DNA of 54,326 nucleotides. Origin: Coniocarpon cinnabarinum. Its lineage: Eukaryota. A program made the position numbers and the translations under genes. Positions 1 through 12,574 of this stretch are shown in pieces; the first letter of the stretch is position 1; every line of letters starts with the position of its first letter. Where the stretch lies: contig JAVECO010000064.1 in NCBI GenBank assembly GCA_051942205.1, forward strand, positions 62,001 to 116,326, read 5' to 3'. Under the pieces are notes generated by a model. The model was not told the DNA's origin, ran no database searches, and saw only the letters and a list, made by a program, of their open reading frames with translations.

Positions 1-387
1 GAGATTGTCTATTTCGGTTGCAGCCCTTTTATTACGCCACATGGCCATAGCTACATCCCGCATTCCACGCTCTTTCTTCGACTTGATTCTATCAAGTAGG
101 TGCCGAAGTTCTGTCGAACACTGCACACTCTCTTCACAGGTGCTCTTAAGCCTCTGCTGATCGAGGGATAAGGGAGCGGAGTCGGGGGTCTGGAAAGTGT
201 CTAACCTAAGCTCCACGGACGCTGCGACACTGGCGATGTGGGCTGCTGCCTGCTCGGTGCGGCTCTTATCATGGGTAAGTCCATCCGCACTCTTATAGAT
301 TTCGTAGCCCGTCTGAGCAGTTCTGCAGCAAAGATCAGCGAGTTGAAAAGCGCCGCAGGCTATTTGGAAGGCGGTCGCTGGGTCCAT
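1..387 (-). CDS. Fungal STAND/NLR-type protein, N-terminal HeLo-like (SesA-like) domain; runs off the window edge
   Basis: Not in the ORF track. ATG at 387 opens a frame to position 1: MDPATAFQIACGAFQLADLCCRTAQTGYEIYKSADGLTHD...QRLKSTCEESVQCSTELRHLLDRIK...WRNKRAATEIDNL. This is the typical 'MDP..A..+A' helical N-terminus of fungal NACHT/NB-ARC proteins. Confidence 0.7.
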   Translation of the reverse strand, partial: MDPATAFQIACGAFQLADLCCRTAQTGYEIYKSADGLTHDKSRTEQAAAHIASVAASVELRLDTFQTPDSAPLSLDQQRLKSTCEESVQCSTELRHLLDRIKSKKERGMRDVAMAMWRNKRAATEIDNL

Positions 388-1073
388 TGACAGGCGGATT
401 TTGCATTCCCAACTACAGGTCTAGGAAAGCTTGCTTCGTGTGCACTGCAAGATGGAGTCAAGGGCTCTCATCAGAGACAGCGACACGCCAGTGTTAGCAT
501 CGCGTTCGAGCAAAGTCGTCTCAAATCAGGATAGTGAACAGCAGCCATCCTCAAGGGAGAAGCTGAGCAGGCAAGGCGACCGGAACATGCATCGCTGCCT
601 TCAAGTCCAAAGTACCCACGCGGCTAAGCAAATACCAAGCCCCTATTGAAGAGGCTGAGCAGCCCCACGCAAGCGCAGCAAATAGCGACTATACCGCTAA
701 TTTTAGGGGTCAACGCCCATTTCCTCACGCCCATTTGCTGGTCAAGCCTGGCAGGGTCAGAATGCCTCTGAGGCCATGAAGTAGACCAGCCTCGGAGTGA
801 GAACAAAACGCATGAGATGCGCGGGAGGGAACAGCTTTCATGTCACCGACGCTTGCATCAGGCATCTGAATGCACATTGTAAATGCGGGCACCCAAAGAA
901 ACCCCTGAATTGTTCGTGATTCACAGACCATCGGTCCGGCGGTCTTCATCGATTGATTGCACCGGTTCTGATGCTTGCGCATTTCTCCCTGTTTCTATGC
1001 TCATGATGCTGTGACGAGGAATTTGTATACTGAACAAGACAAGCACCTCCATCGTTTCTGTCGAAATGCGGCT

Positions 1074-4000
1074 TCATGATTGAGAGTTGGCTCCACTCTC
1101 ACCCCCAGCATTGCGTTGCTTGCCCCCTCGTTTGCTTCTTCCTCGCCCACGTGTGTTCGTGCCTCTACTGCGTCGACTGGTCCGTCCGTCTGACGTTTGC
1201 TGTGCTTCCTGTACCGCCGCGCTCTCCTTGTCCCACCATTCCTGCGTCTGTTAGCATGCTCCTCTGTGCATTGATTAAAAATATCCTGCTCACCTGAAAT
1301 GCTTGCTCTTCTTGGATCTCTTGAAGGCTACGCTTAGCGACCGCATCTTTCAAGTTGGTTTTTTCGGCTTGCTCTCGAGACATGATGTCGGACAATGACT
1401 GGTTCATGAAGTAATCTTGAGAGGACCCTTCGCGGGGCTGGTGACGAATGGATCTGATTGTCACGGTGGGTGATTCCCCCGATGAATTTGCTTTTGCAGA
1501 GTTCGGAGTCTGAGCAGGTGGGCCTGTTGTGCGAGCAGGAGTGGGTGTTTGTTTAGGCGTTGAAGGTGATTTCGAGGTCTCTCCTGGTGCCCTGGAAGCG
1601 GGGACATTGGCGACTGTTTGACGCATCGTCAATTGAGGTGTGAAGGTTGGACGCGACGCTGCAAAGTTTGATTGAGACGAAGGACTCGGTACAGGGTTAA
1701 GGTCGGCCTTTGACTGTCCAGGCGATTCATTCGCAGTCGAAGACACAGTCTTCCACGGGGAAGGGGTGCTCGAAGCAACAGAAGACTCGAATGGGGTGGA
1801 GGGGATTTGGTCGCTCACTGATCTTTTCTGGTCCTGCTGTTGATGATGCTGACGCTTCCTCTCTTTTTGAGACACTTTCGGGGTTGCTGGGCCAGATGTA
1901 CGGCGTCCAGAGTGATCATGGGCTTGCAAGCCAATCGACAAGTTTGAGGTCCTCCCACTCGATGTTTGCGCCATGATGTCCTTCATGTCAAGCTTGGCAC
2001 ATGTAAGAGGAGCGGGACCCCAAGGCCGATTCCCCAGAACTGATGGGTTGTCCGTTGCCGATACCACTGGATCGGAGTCATCTCTGGGTAGAGTCGCTGA
2101 CTGCGCAGGACTAGGTAAAGGATCTAGAGTGTCAGGACTGGAGACCTTTTTGGCCGTGCTTGGAGTTCGAACTGTAGAATCACTGGGAGTCACCAGTGGC
2201 GACGATCTGGATTGACTTAAAGAGCCGCGGACTGGCGTGGTCGCATCCGGGTATTTGACCTGGACATCCAGCGCATCAATTTTCGCTTGCTGAGCTCTTA
2301 TGATGATGCCCGCTAATTCTGGGTACTTCTCATGGAGCTGGGCTTCGAGACGACCGCTCCTTACGAAGGGCGCGACAGCTTGTTGGTTTTCCCTGACCAC
2401 CTCATCGAGCTCCTCCAGCAGGTCTTCGTCAAGCTCATCAAGCCAGTGGTTGGCGAGAAGTGGCTCCAGATTCAGGCAGAGGTATTCTAAAGTCACATTC
2501 TTGAAATCTTGAACAGAACTGGGTGCGACTGCGTTCAGGAGCTGGCAAGCGTTTCGAGTGGTAACGTATCGGCCAAGTACAGCCTGACATGAGCGTGACA
2601 AATTATCAAGCATTAGCTCATTCGCCACACTCAGAACTTCCAATACCAAGTCTAAAAATTCATCAAGGTCGTTGGTGATGACATCGTCAAACATCTCTTC
2701 GTCAGTATCCGCGTACAGGTAACGCAATACTAATTTGAAAACGTGCAGCTCGATGTGGCTGAGATCAACTTGGATGGCATCGTTCCCTTTGTGACGCCTG
2801 CTGGCAAGCCACCGCCCGTCCGCCTGGCCCTGGAATAGCCCTTCAAAGAAGGGACAGCGTTTTGACATAAGCTTGCTGTGGACCAGAACCTCTCCATCTG
2901 CTAGTTGGACACGAGTATCGCAGTTTGCGAAAAAAGCTGTATCAAGTCGAGCGAGTTCAAAATCGGCAGTCATGGAGGGCTCAGGCCTGCTGATAACTTT
3001 GCGTGCCGCTGTCTCGAGATTGCGAAGTTCCAGTCTCGCGCTGACTCTCATAAGCTCGGTGCGAACTTGCTTGTATCTGAAAGTCATTTCTGCCGATTGA
3101 TGACGGGATCTCCAGAAGCCAACGAGTGCATCTGCGTAGATATACATTATTAGCTCCAAGACGGTGAGAAAGTCTAGTCCAGCGAATATTACTTTTGGCT
3201 TTGGTACACCACTGCTATAAATATTAAAAGTCTCTGAAACGTAGTTGCGAGATCGTGTAATAGCAGCAAATGCTTGCCTGAAGACGGGGCTTCGACCGCT
3301 CAGAATAACTTGATGTGCTGGTATCAAGCAGTCAAAAGCTGTTGATCCGATCAAAATATCAGTGCCTATGGAGTTCGGCGGATCTTTCCGTAAGATGTCT
3401 GCGATATCGACCTCAATGTCTGGCGAATGTGCGATGCGTTCGATCACTCGTTTAATAGCATCCGGCCTTTGCCAGAAGCTCGGTGCAGGCGAATCTTCTG
3501 CCAGAGATCGAAGGGGGAACATGCTGAATACGTCCTGCCACAGTGTCCGCGTGCCGCCAATCAGCTCGTCACGAGTGACATTGCAATCCTCCCTGAATGC
3601 GCAGTAAGCCCCGGAAGAGGACGCTCGTACTCCCACAGCTCTCGTCAAATTTGGCACACGCGCGAACTTGAACTCCTTGGACTTTTGATCTTTACCAGTG
3701 CCACGTTGCGCCCCAGGCATCTTGGGCCTTCGGATGCGCCGGAAGACGCCACCTGCTTCAGTGGACAAAATGATTGAGCCATCTGCATCGACGCCAACAT
3801 CACGCGCTGACGTGCGATCATTCCTGAGAGTCCAGGCACGATGAGGTACAGAGATAGCAGACCTGATCTTGCTTGGGTTGGTTGTTGAAGTACTAGCCAC
3901 AGAGCTAGGATCAAATCGTTGGTTAACAGTCACTGTGTACACCTCGCCCGAGGTTGATAGCGCACATATCGTGTCTCCTCCGCCAGTAACTTTGATGATT

Positions 4001-5661
4001 TGATTGGGCTTTTTATCATATTTGGTGGCGGAAAAGCTATTCTGCAAGAAGTAGTTTGAAAAGCTTTCAAGCGGAAAATGCAATTTGACAGCACCATAGT
4101 TGGCGAAGATGTGGACTTCATGATTCTCTAGCAGAATTATTGTCGCCCGATCGATCGCTGAAATTGAATGTATGTTGGAGGAGAGGCGCGAAGCGTGAAC
4201 ATGTCTTGGTGTTGATTGCACTTTCAGTGTCGCAGCTTGGGAGTCCACCAGACCAAGTTGACCCTCATTCTTGCCAAACGTGAACAGAGCATTCCCCGTG
4301 TGTGCCACTGAGTGAATCCGAGATGCTGCTACGCCGACGATGACCTCCTTTTTCATCGGTCCGAAGATCTGCTTGGGAGACAGCAGTATTGCCTCTTCAG
4401 GTTTTGGGCTTTCCTTTTGTAGCCCGCAGCCCAGCTGGCCATGCATGTTGTTTCCCCAAGCATACAACTCTCCCTTGTCCGTCACAGCAAGCGTGTGATC
4501 TTGGCCAAGAGCCACCGCAGAGACGCGACTGGAGCCAAATTGGTCAAGACAAGTGAAGTTGAATAGGGTATTCTCATTGCCTGTGCCTAGCCTGCCGCCA
4601 GGGCCATGACCGCACACATAGAGATTCGCCACTGGATCCGTAGTGAGGACAGCGGTGTGGAATTTGGACATTTGGACATCCTGAATCATAGCGGGTCTGT
4701 ACCTAACGACATCTGGCAGATCACCTAGACCTTCGTGACTTTTCATTCCATCCTTGATTTGCGCAGCGTAGGCCGGATTCGCGACAGCATACTTAGAGAT
4801 TTTGGAAGCAATGTGCTGTCTGTGGAATCTCTCAAATAGACGGAGTGGTCTTTTCAAGTGAATTCGCTCTGGATATTGACGGTCGTCTTGATTGCCTAGA
4901 CCAAGTGTGAGGTTCTTATTGCTGCCGAAAGTGTAAAATTCATCGGCTCGTACGTTGATGGTGGGTGGTACGATTGATCCGTTCAAAGGATCAGCTCCAT
5001 CCCGCTCCGACATCGTCCCCGTAGTGTCGGGGACATCATCAGAGGAATCGTCATCGTCTGAAGCACGTAAGCCAAGACCCGTTCGAAGACTACGGTCAGC
5101 GATCGTTGTCGAGAAAAGGTCATATGGACCATAGCCTTCTCGGTCCTTAACTCTTGCTAGTGTGGCTCGCTGACTGGTTGCCGAGCTAATGTTGTCGGCA
5201 TTCGGAGCATCTCGCTCGATGATGGCTCGCGCGATCGTGATGTTACCGAAGTAGAACGCTCGATGCAATGCTGTCCAGCCGTTTTCGTAATCTTGAACAT
5301 ACAGGTCAATCAACGGGTGCGACAGTAGTGCAAATGCGTAGCGCTTAGCCGAGCCGGCTGTGGACGATGCGGCGTGGTGAAGAATTGTCAATCCTTTGCC
5401 ATCTCTTGCATTAATGTCGGCCCGGTTAAGACTGACCGGCTGCTTGGAGGCTTCTCTGTGCGCGGAGGTCTTGCCTTTTAGGACGGGTGATGTCGGAGAC
5501 CAATGATTAAGGACGTCTCTTTCTACTGCCGAGGATTTCGAAAAGCTCAGGGCGGTTTCTGTGCGTGCCGGAACACTGCTTGCTCCGCCGCCCCGCTGGA
5601 GCAGCTCACAGAAGCTCTCAACATCGTCTTCAAGGTAGTACCGCCACAGAGTGCGGCTCAT
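1074..5661 (-). CDS. Ankyrin + RCC1 repeat + tandem BTB/POZ protein (IBTK/Btb1-like Cul3 adaptor)
   Basis: Ankyrin motifs (GLTILHHAA, NGWTALHRAFYFGN), RCC1 repeats (YTFGSNKNLTLG, YAWGNNMHGQLG) and two BTB domains (IPAHQVILSGRSPVF, VHSKLMSKRCPFF). ATG at 5661 (MSRTLWRYY). A 3' intron at 1242-1293 (GTGAGC...CTAAC...CAG) restores QEEQAFQ/EWWDKES, with the stop at 1074. Confidence 0.92.
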
Positions 5662-7038
5662 ACGCGGATATAGGAAGAGATGGACAGACAACCAGAGCTC
5701 CAAGAGTCCTGCCTGGCAATGACTTCAACGAGCCAAAGCAAGTTTAAAGGCGGACTGAGGAGCTGGGTTGTCTTGGTGGTGGGAATGGCTGGCACGGCAG
5801 CTGGACGACGCTTTCAGGCGAGGGCGCAGGGTTTCAAGACGCGTTGTCTGGGTGTGATATCGGTTGGAAAGTAGCTCCTTGGAGAGGCCTCTTGGAGACA
5901 CAAAGCGAAGGTCTGAGGGCGACTTTCGGGCTCGTAAACGTGGACGGAGGGGCGTTGAGATGGAGCGTTGACCTTGAGGAAAGGGACGCCGGTCTTGTTG
6001 CGCGATTGCTGACGGTTAGAACGTGCGACGAGAGAGGGGCGTTGTGGAAGGCTTGAGCGCGGTCGCGATGGTGGTGTCGCGACTGCGAATTCGGGGTGAT
6101 GATGTGATGTGAGTCGATAGCGGCATCTTCCGCCAGCGAATCAGAGAGCGCATTGTCGAGAACGTGTTGGAGTGTGTGGAGAGACGAGGACGCCGTACAC
6201 AGCTTTCCATCCGGACTCCTGCGCGGCCTTTGCAGGCTTTGTCATGTGTTACATTATGAGTGCAAGGGCAACGTGTGGATATTTATGTGGCGTGTGCAGC
6301 ATCCGTACATAACGGAGCGAGGCCGATGGCGGTGCGCGTCAAGCAAGCATCGTCCCCAGGCTAAGAATGGCGGTGAGCATTGCCCACAACATACCTAGGA
6401 GCAGTTGATTTCAAGGCTCGCTGTGATATGCTGATCCGATTGAACAGGGCATTCAATTCTGTAATGCGGGCATCCGACTTTAATAGCGAGTGTTCGCCTG
6501 TCTACCAGCAATTGTTTGACACTGCAATCCAAATGTGGCGATGCTATCTACCTGAGCTCAAGCACAAACCTCACATCTAGTCCTGATAGCAGGCCACACG
6601 CATTCAACAATGTTGTTGGAAAATGACTCGAGGGACGCAACGCCGGCAGCGCAGTCCACGCCGATGCAACGATGGCCATGAGGATGGGCTGTGATTGTAC
6701 CGCACCAGCTCCTGATACACAACCTAGCACTACGGAATATCAAGTCGACGCTGGTCAGACATCATCAGCGATTCAACATCGCATACGGCGTCAGATACAG
6801 CATTCAACTGTGCATGCGAGCAGCGGAGACCAGAGACTCGCTTCGACAGTAGATGTACAGTGGCGCAGTCACCATGTCGACGCGTATTGAGGTGTAGCGT
6901 ATGCAGCATACCCATCTGCAGGCTTTTCCGAAGAATCGATGAAGCAAAAGCTTCCGTGAGGCTCATAGGTATATAGATCTGAGGCGCACGTGATAATAAG
7001 CGCCAAGAATCGCCCGCCATCCGCTAGTCAAGCTACTG

Positions 7039-7046
7039 CACGTGAC
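7039..7046. promoter_or_regulatory. Cbf1-type E-box (RTCACGTG) upstream of MTAP
   Basis: CACGTGAC (reverse GTCACGTG) about 80 nt upstream of the MTAP ATG. Cbf1 sites mark sulfur/methionine genes in yeast; function here is inferred. Confidence 0.3.
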
Positions 7047-7122
7047 GTGCATCACGCAAGCAATCTCGATTTTCTGGTGCGTGATATCTTGCTTCGCATA
7101 TTTGCCGCCTCAGCCTGCGACT

Positions 7123-8258
7123 ATGGCAGAAACGTATAAAGGTACGTGTTTCAAACGAACGCAAATATTGTCTTACGATGAAGTTTCGGCAACCAATCTT
7201 CCACCCTCTCGCCTTGACATTCTGTCTTTTGAGGAGTCAAAATGCTCACAGCTTGTCCATCTCTTTCGAGACCGCTTGAAAGGCTGTTACCTTGGCGACG
7301 CCAGCCATACAGAGCTGTCCGCGCGTTTGCTGACCCTTCAATCGCAGAGCCAGTGCGTATCGCAGTCATAGGCGGCACTGGCCTCCGCTCCCTGCCTAGC
7401 TTTCAGCACGCTGCGACCATCAACCCTACCACGCCATGGGGTCGTCCGAGTGCTCCTATTCACATTCACACCCACAACAATGCTCCCATCGCTTTTCTGG
7501 CTCGCCACGGCCTGCACCATACGATCGCCCCGCATGAGATACCGACGCGTGCTAATATTGCTGCACTCCGCTCCCTGGGCGTTCGTTGCGTGGTTGCTTT
7601 TTCAGCAGTAGGATCCCTGCGTGAGGAGATCCGCCCTGAGGACTTTGTGGTGCCTGACCAAATCATTGATCGAACGAAAGGCGTCCGACCTTTCACTTTC
7701 TTCGAGGGCGGTGTTGTCGGACATGTGGGCTTTGCTGACCCGTTTGATCTCGAGCTGCATCGTGTCATAGTCAAAGTAGGACGCGCCTCTGGCGTGCTCG
7801 AGCGTGGATCGAAGGTCATTGACCGTGGCACGCTCGTTTGCATTGAGGGCCCACAATTCTCTACACGGGCCGAGTCAAATCTCTATCGCAATTGGGGATG
7901 CGATGTGGTCAACATGTCCGCCTTGCCTGAAGCAAAGCTTGCCTTGGAGGCTGAGATGGCATACTCTATGGTTTGTATGGCTACTGACTACGACTGCTGG
8001 AGGGAGACGGACCCCGGCGAAAACGTCACAGTTGAGGTAGTGATGCGCCATATGAGGAATAATGCCGAGAACGCGAAGAGCTTCCTCGCCAAGGTTTTGG
8101 ATGCTCTTGCGCAACATGAAAACAGCAATGTGGTGTTGGCAAAGCATCTGGAGGGAACGTCTAGCGTTTTCGTCAAAGGTGGCATTGTGACCGAGGTGGA
8201 ATCACAGGCTCAAGAAACAAGAGAGAAGCTTCTCTGGCTATTTGGCGAACGAAAGTAA
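7123..8258 (+). CDS. MEU1: S-methyl-5'-thioadenosine phosphorylase (MTAP)
   Basis: Motifs IAVIGGTG, FLARHG, FSAVGSLREEI, EGPQFSTRAES, NMSALPEAKLA and TDYDCW. Exon 1 MAETYK at 7123-7141; intron 7142-7347 (GTACGT...GCTGAC...CAG). Confidence 0.95.
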
Positions 8259-8672
8259 ACGTGATCGTCGCTTAATTGATTTCTAAAGCTTTTGGACTCA
8301 AATTATCAGCAGCGGTGACCACTTTTCGACACGGCTGTGATAGTGGAGACCAATGAGGCGAGTCCATCTGTCCGGCACATCACAGCTTCTTCGGCCACGC
8401 CTGGAACCATAGGATACCATTTTATTGTGCTTGTAGATCCTAGCAATGGAGGTGACGAGTTGGTTGCGGTCTCAGGCCATGTGTTCAAATTTAACGAAGA
8501 AGACGGGCACTTGGAAGATTACCAGATGCAGAAGATACCTGCTATTTGCGACTAGCTGAAGGAGAATAAAACTCCACTGGTGTGCCGCAGTCTGAATCTA
8601 ACTTTTAGACTTGCGCGTGGGCTACACAGTGCATTCTCGGAGAGAACGAGTCGGCAATTCTTGCTGCCAGTT

Positions 8673-10271
8673 TCAACCCTGGTGGAAGTTCCCCCCACGG
8701 TGTCCCTGCTGATCGTTTGCCATGTGGCCACCGGGCTGACCATCCCATTGTTGCGGCCCACCACCTTCAAAATCGGTGCCAGCCGGCGATGCAGTGTAAA
8801 TGGTCCATGGGTTCGCCGTGTGTACCCATTGATTGTAATTTTCAAAGCCCATACCATTTGGATCCATGAAGCTCGCTGGCGAGCGCTGGAGTAGATGGAT
8901 CTGCTGAATCTGCTGCTCGCGGAGTTGCTGCTGCTGGTGTCGCTGCTGGAGTCGCTCGTAGGCCGAACGTGGCTCGTACGACGATTGTAGCATTTGATCG
9001 AAGACCGACTGCTCATGGGACTGCTGCTGTTGGATGGACTGTGGCTGGAATTGCTGCTGCTGGATGGACCGTGGCTGGAATTGTTGTTGCTGGATGGACT
9101 GTGGCTGGAATTGCGACTGGTGGAAGGACTGTGGCTGGAATTGCTGGTGGTGGAAGGACTCTGGCTGAAACTGCTGCTGCTGGACTTCCGGGGACTGGAA
9201 TTCCTGCTGCTGAATTTGCTGCGGCTGGCCTTGCTGTTGTTGCAACTGGCGCCTGCGATATTGGGACTGCTGGTAATGGCGGTGCAACATTTGCTGGAAT
9301 AGATGTGGCTGCAGGGGTGGCCGAGAAGATCGGCCCGGTTCTTGAACCCGGATTGGATATTGCCAGTTCGACGTGTTTTCAGAATAAGGGTCCGAAACGA
9401 AAGGCGCTGCTATTCCTGACTCCCGCTCTGCCAACGTCTCTGGACGCAGCGTTTGTGTTGGCGTTCCTTCGGCATAGCCTTCTTCATAATCCTCCGCTGG
9501 TGGGTAATTTGATATTCCTAAGAGAATAAGTCAACATGATTTGATTACAGGATGGATCGCTCTGGCACTACCCCAGACACAACCGCATCATGGGGTCATG
9601 AGCCGCCGAAGGAAACATCAAAGCGGATTGCAAGCACTTACCAGTATCAATTTCGCCGATATACTGAATTCCCAGGCTAATTGCAATCTGCCGAGCTCCG
9701 GTAGGGAGCGCCAAGACATCTAGAAGTAAGTTAAGACAAGAAGATTTCTTCGCGATCGTGCAAAAATGGCGGGTCACGGCAACGAGGGACGATGGCGGCA
9801 GGCAGCATCACGTGAGGGAACAGCATGTCTTACCTATATCATAGACTGTTGGCGCTGGACCCGGCGAGTTAAATGGACCAATTCCTGGATCGTGCTGCCT
9901 GTCCTTTGGGCAGAACCTGGATGACGGTATATCAGTGATGTTGTTTTGACACTCGTCTCTGGCAATACCCTGGGACTATCGTGGTCCATCCGAAGAGTAC
10001 AAAGAGGAAACAACCCGAGGAAGAGTGAACTCACCAACCAGCCGAACTGTTCGCACGCAATCCGGGACATGGCGTAAACTCAACTTTGTTGAGACAGGTT
10101 CTACGACGTTCAATGTGTCAGTCAGATATCTTTGCAAATCGACTGAGCGATACTGTCTTGAGTGCTTCTCAAGGATCTGCCTTGGTCATTGAGAGGGTGC
10201 TAGAAGGTCTGGACATACGTGATCATGAGACGCTTGCAAGGACGGTAGGTGCACTTGGTTACGACGCACAT
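8673..10271 (-). CDS. MC-type Cys-rich domain fused to a Gln-rich low-complexity tail (array member 1; 5 exons, ~374 aa)
   Basis: Exons 10271-10219, 10100-10035, 9916-9834, 9719-9642 and 9517-8673. Donors GTATGT/GTGAGT/GTAAGA/GTAAGT and YAG acceptors are all phase-compatible. Product: MCVVTKCTYRPCKRLMITTTCLNKVEFTPCPGLRANSSAGWFCPKD... running into the Q-rich ORF. Confidence 0.75.
9022..9215 (-). repeat. Coding 30-bp tandem repeat (~6 copies; QQQFQPQSIQ-like unit)
   Basis: Repeated tggatggactgtggctggaattgctgctg-like units on the + strand. Confidence 0.9.
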
Positions 10272-11136
10272 GGTCGCTCGTCCCAACGGAAACGATCTCT
10301 GCGACAGATTAGCTTCGTGCGGCTTTGGTTGCGGCGTACGACTTACGATGATCTGGTTTCCGATGGTTCGCTATGTGGACGTGCATATGGTTAAGAGAAG
10401 GACGACAGAGTGAAGTTATCATTTGCATCCGGAAGATATTAACTCCGCTCTTTTAGATCCACAGGAGAGTGAAAAGATAGTTGTTGTGGAGACTTTAGAG
10501 GTGAAAGGCACATGCTTGCATGTGCTTCGCTCCGAGACAGCCCCCCTATGATACAGCACGTTTCAACAGGTGTCGGCAATGCATTTTGATCCCAAGGATA
10601 CATTTGCATGTGTCGGCTATCCAGCTGAAAGGCCTTCTATGGCATACTCGCAAAATGAGATCATGAATGGATAAATAAGTGAGCGAGAGACTCAGATTCG
10701 AGCGTGGTCTCGTAGGTACCACACAGCCCTACGTTCTCCAAGCGCTTAAATGGCGCGAACAGAGGTAAGAACGCAAGGGCCATGAACAATGTTCGTTGCC
10801 GGAGCGCAGCCTATGCGAGGAGCCAGAACAATTCAGGTCACAAACCCGCGAGTACAACAGCGGTAGCTCTTCCGCAGTGATATGACACTGAAATATAGTG
10901 CGGCAAGTACTGTCCTACGAGGTCTCTACCGCAGGCGTTATATGAACACAAGCTATCCTGATCTTCGAGGCGTATCGAGGCGTTCAATTATGGTGTGACA
11001 TGTTTGCGACTGCATGTAAGGTCTCCAGACGTAGAGTCCGACCGAATATCACCTAATCAAAGCTCTACTCCATTGTCCAAAATCTGCAGCTGCTCTCACG
11101 CTTGAAGCGAGCCGCTCAGATCTTGAGATCGCGTCA

Positions 11137-11319
11137 TCAGATGTACTTCATACAATCACTACAATAAACCTTCCCAGTCGGCTGCTTGAGCTTGTTCGCC
11201 TTCATTTTGCAATGAGAATGCGGGTTTTTCGCGTCCTCGCAAGGCTTGTAACAAGTAATGCGTCTGTCGCACTTCTTGCCGCTAGGGAGAATGTTGTTGC
11301 AATGAGCGTCGTAACACAT
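11137..11319 (-). CDS. Small MC-type Cys-rich protein (array member 2, 60 aa)
   Basis: MCYDAHC-x9-C...VYCSDC. Start context AAG-ATG; candidate 5'UTR intron ending at 11330. Confidence 0.75.
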   Translation of the reverse strand: MCYDAHCNNILPSGKKCDRRITCYKPCEDAKNPHSHCKMKANKLKQPTGKVYCSDCMKYI

Positions 11320-11993
11320 CTTGGATGATCTGGCTGATTGTCAGTACATCTGCATTGCTGTTGCACTTACTCAGGTCCAGTGCAGCCACCCACATGAAAA
11401 TCCAAACGCTTACGTCAAGAAGTCGTGGCACGTTCGAGGGCTTGATAACTGTCCTTAAGGTTCTCGGAAAAGCTGGGCAGCGAATATATCCGATATGGCA
11501 GCGCTGCGAGGTCGCTTGGAAAAAGAATGAGAGCTTGCGTGAGAACACAACAGCATTTCCAAGGTGTGCGGCTTTGGGCGTCAAGTGTCGCATAGTGAAG
11601 TCATAAATGCACGTGGCCTTGGTCCGCATGCTGCCGTTTGCTGCAGCGTGTGTAACTGAGGACATGATGCAGAGCATCACCGCGCTTGCGCATTCCGGCC
11701 GAGAAAGCCGTCACGAATCAGCATGCGAACTATGAGAATCGCACGGGCAAAATGCAAACGCTGCACGCAGCGAATCGCAATGATAACATAGGACAGGTAG
11801 TGACTTGGTCGCAAGAAGTGATCAACATCATGAGAGAACAAGTAGAAAAGATTCCTTGACTTTCAATCTGCGAATATGAATACGATGATGCCAACCGATC
11901 CATTCAAAGATTTACGCAGGAGTTAAGTGATTGCCATGATATGCAAACGTGTTCATCAATCCATCAAAACGGCTCCTCATCGACAAGCCTCTG

Positions 11994-12287
11994 TCAGCCA
12001 ACTTCAAACCGAACATGCAACAATCGCTTGGTCATTTCCTTGGTCTCGCACTCGTTCGGATACGACGCTGTCGACAGAAAATAGTCAGCTTGTCTCGGCC
12101 CAATGAAAGGTTCGTTTCTGCTCACGTGCGGATCATGTTTGTCACAAAACGAAACTCCTCGCTGAACGGCATACGCGGGGCAACGCCCGCTAAACAGGAA
12201 TCTTGACGAGCATACGTCCACTACAATGTGATGACCACACGCGGCTCCATCAAAATACTTGAAAGCGCATTCGTATTCAATACACAT
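11994..12287 (-). CDS. Small MC-type Cys/His-rich protein (array member 3, 97 aa)
   Basis: Internal ATG of the track ORF: MCIEYEC-x9-CGHH...C...C...SFCDKH. Start context ACG-ATG. Confidence 0.7.
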   Translation of the reverse strand: MCIEYECAFKYFDGAACGHHIVVDVCSSRFLFSGRCPAYAVQRGVSFCDKHDPHVSRNEPFIGPRQADYFLSTASYPNECETKEMTKRLLHVRFEVG

Positions 12288-12574
12288 CGTTTCATGCAGC
12301 TCTTTTGTAAGCGAACCAGTTGTAGCAAGATCTATATTATTAGTGAGATTAGCAGATGCGAGTACCTCGAAGCATAAGATAAGCAAAAAGTTCACATCGA
12401 TTGATTGGGATATCTGTCGGTACACGCAGCTTGATAAGTTGTTGGTTGCGTGATTATTCGAAAGTCAGATTTACAAAGCAATTACTATAATATACAGGCA
12501 TTTGCTCCCCACAATATCTGAATAAACAGACACGCGCTTGCATAAGACGGAGGTGCATAGCGCCTTGCAAAGAA

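Noticed and set aside
8969..9529. Plus-strand repetitive ORFs (GWTVAGI / LELLLLDG repeats)
   Set aside because: Antisense shadows of the Gln-rich coding repeat.
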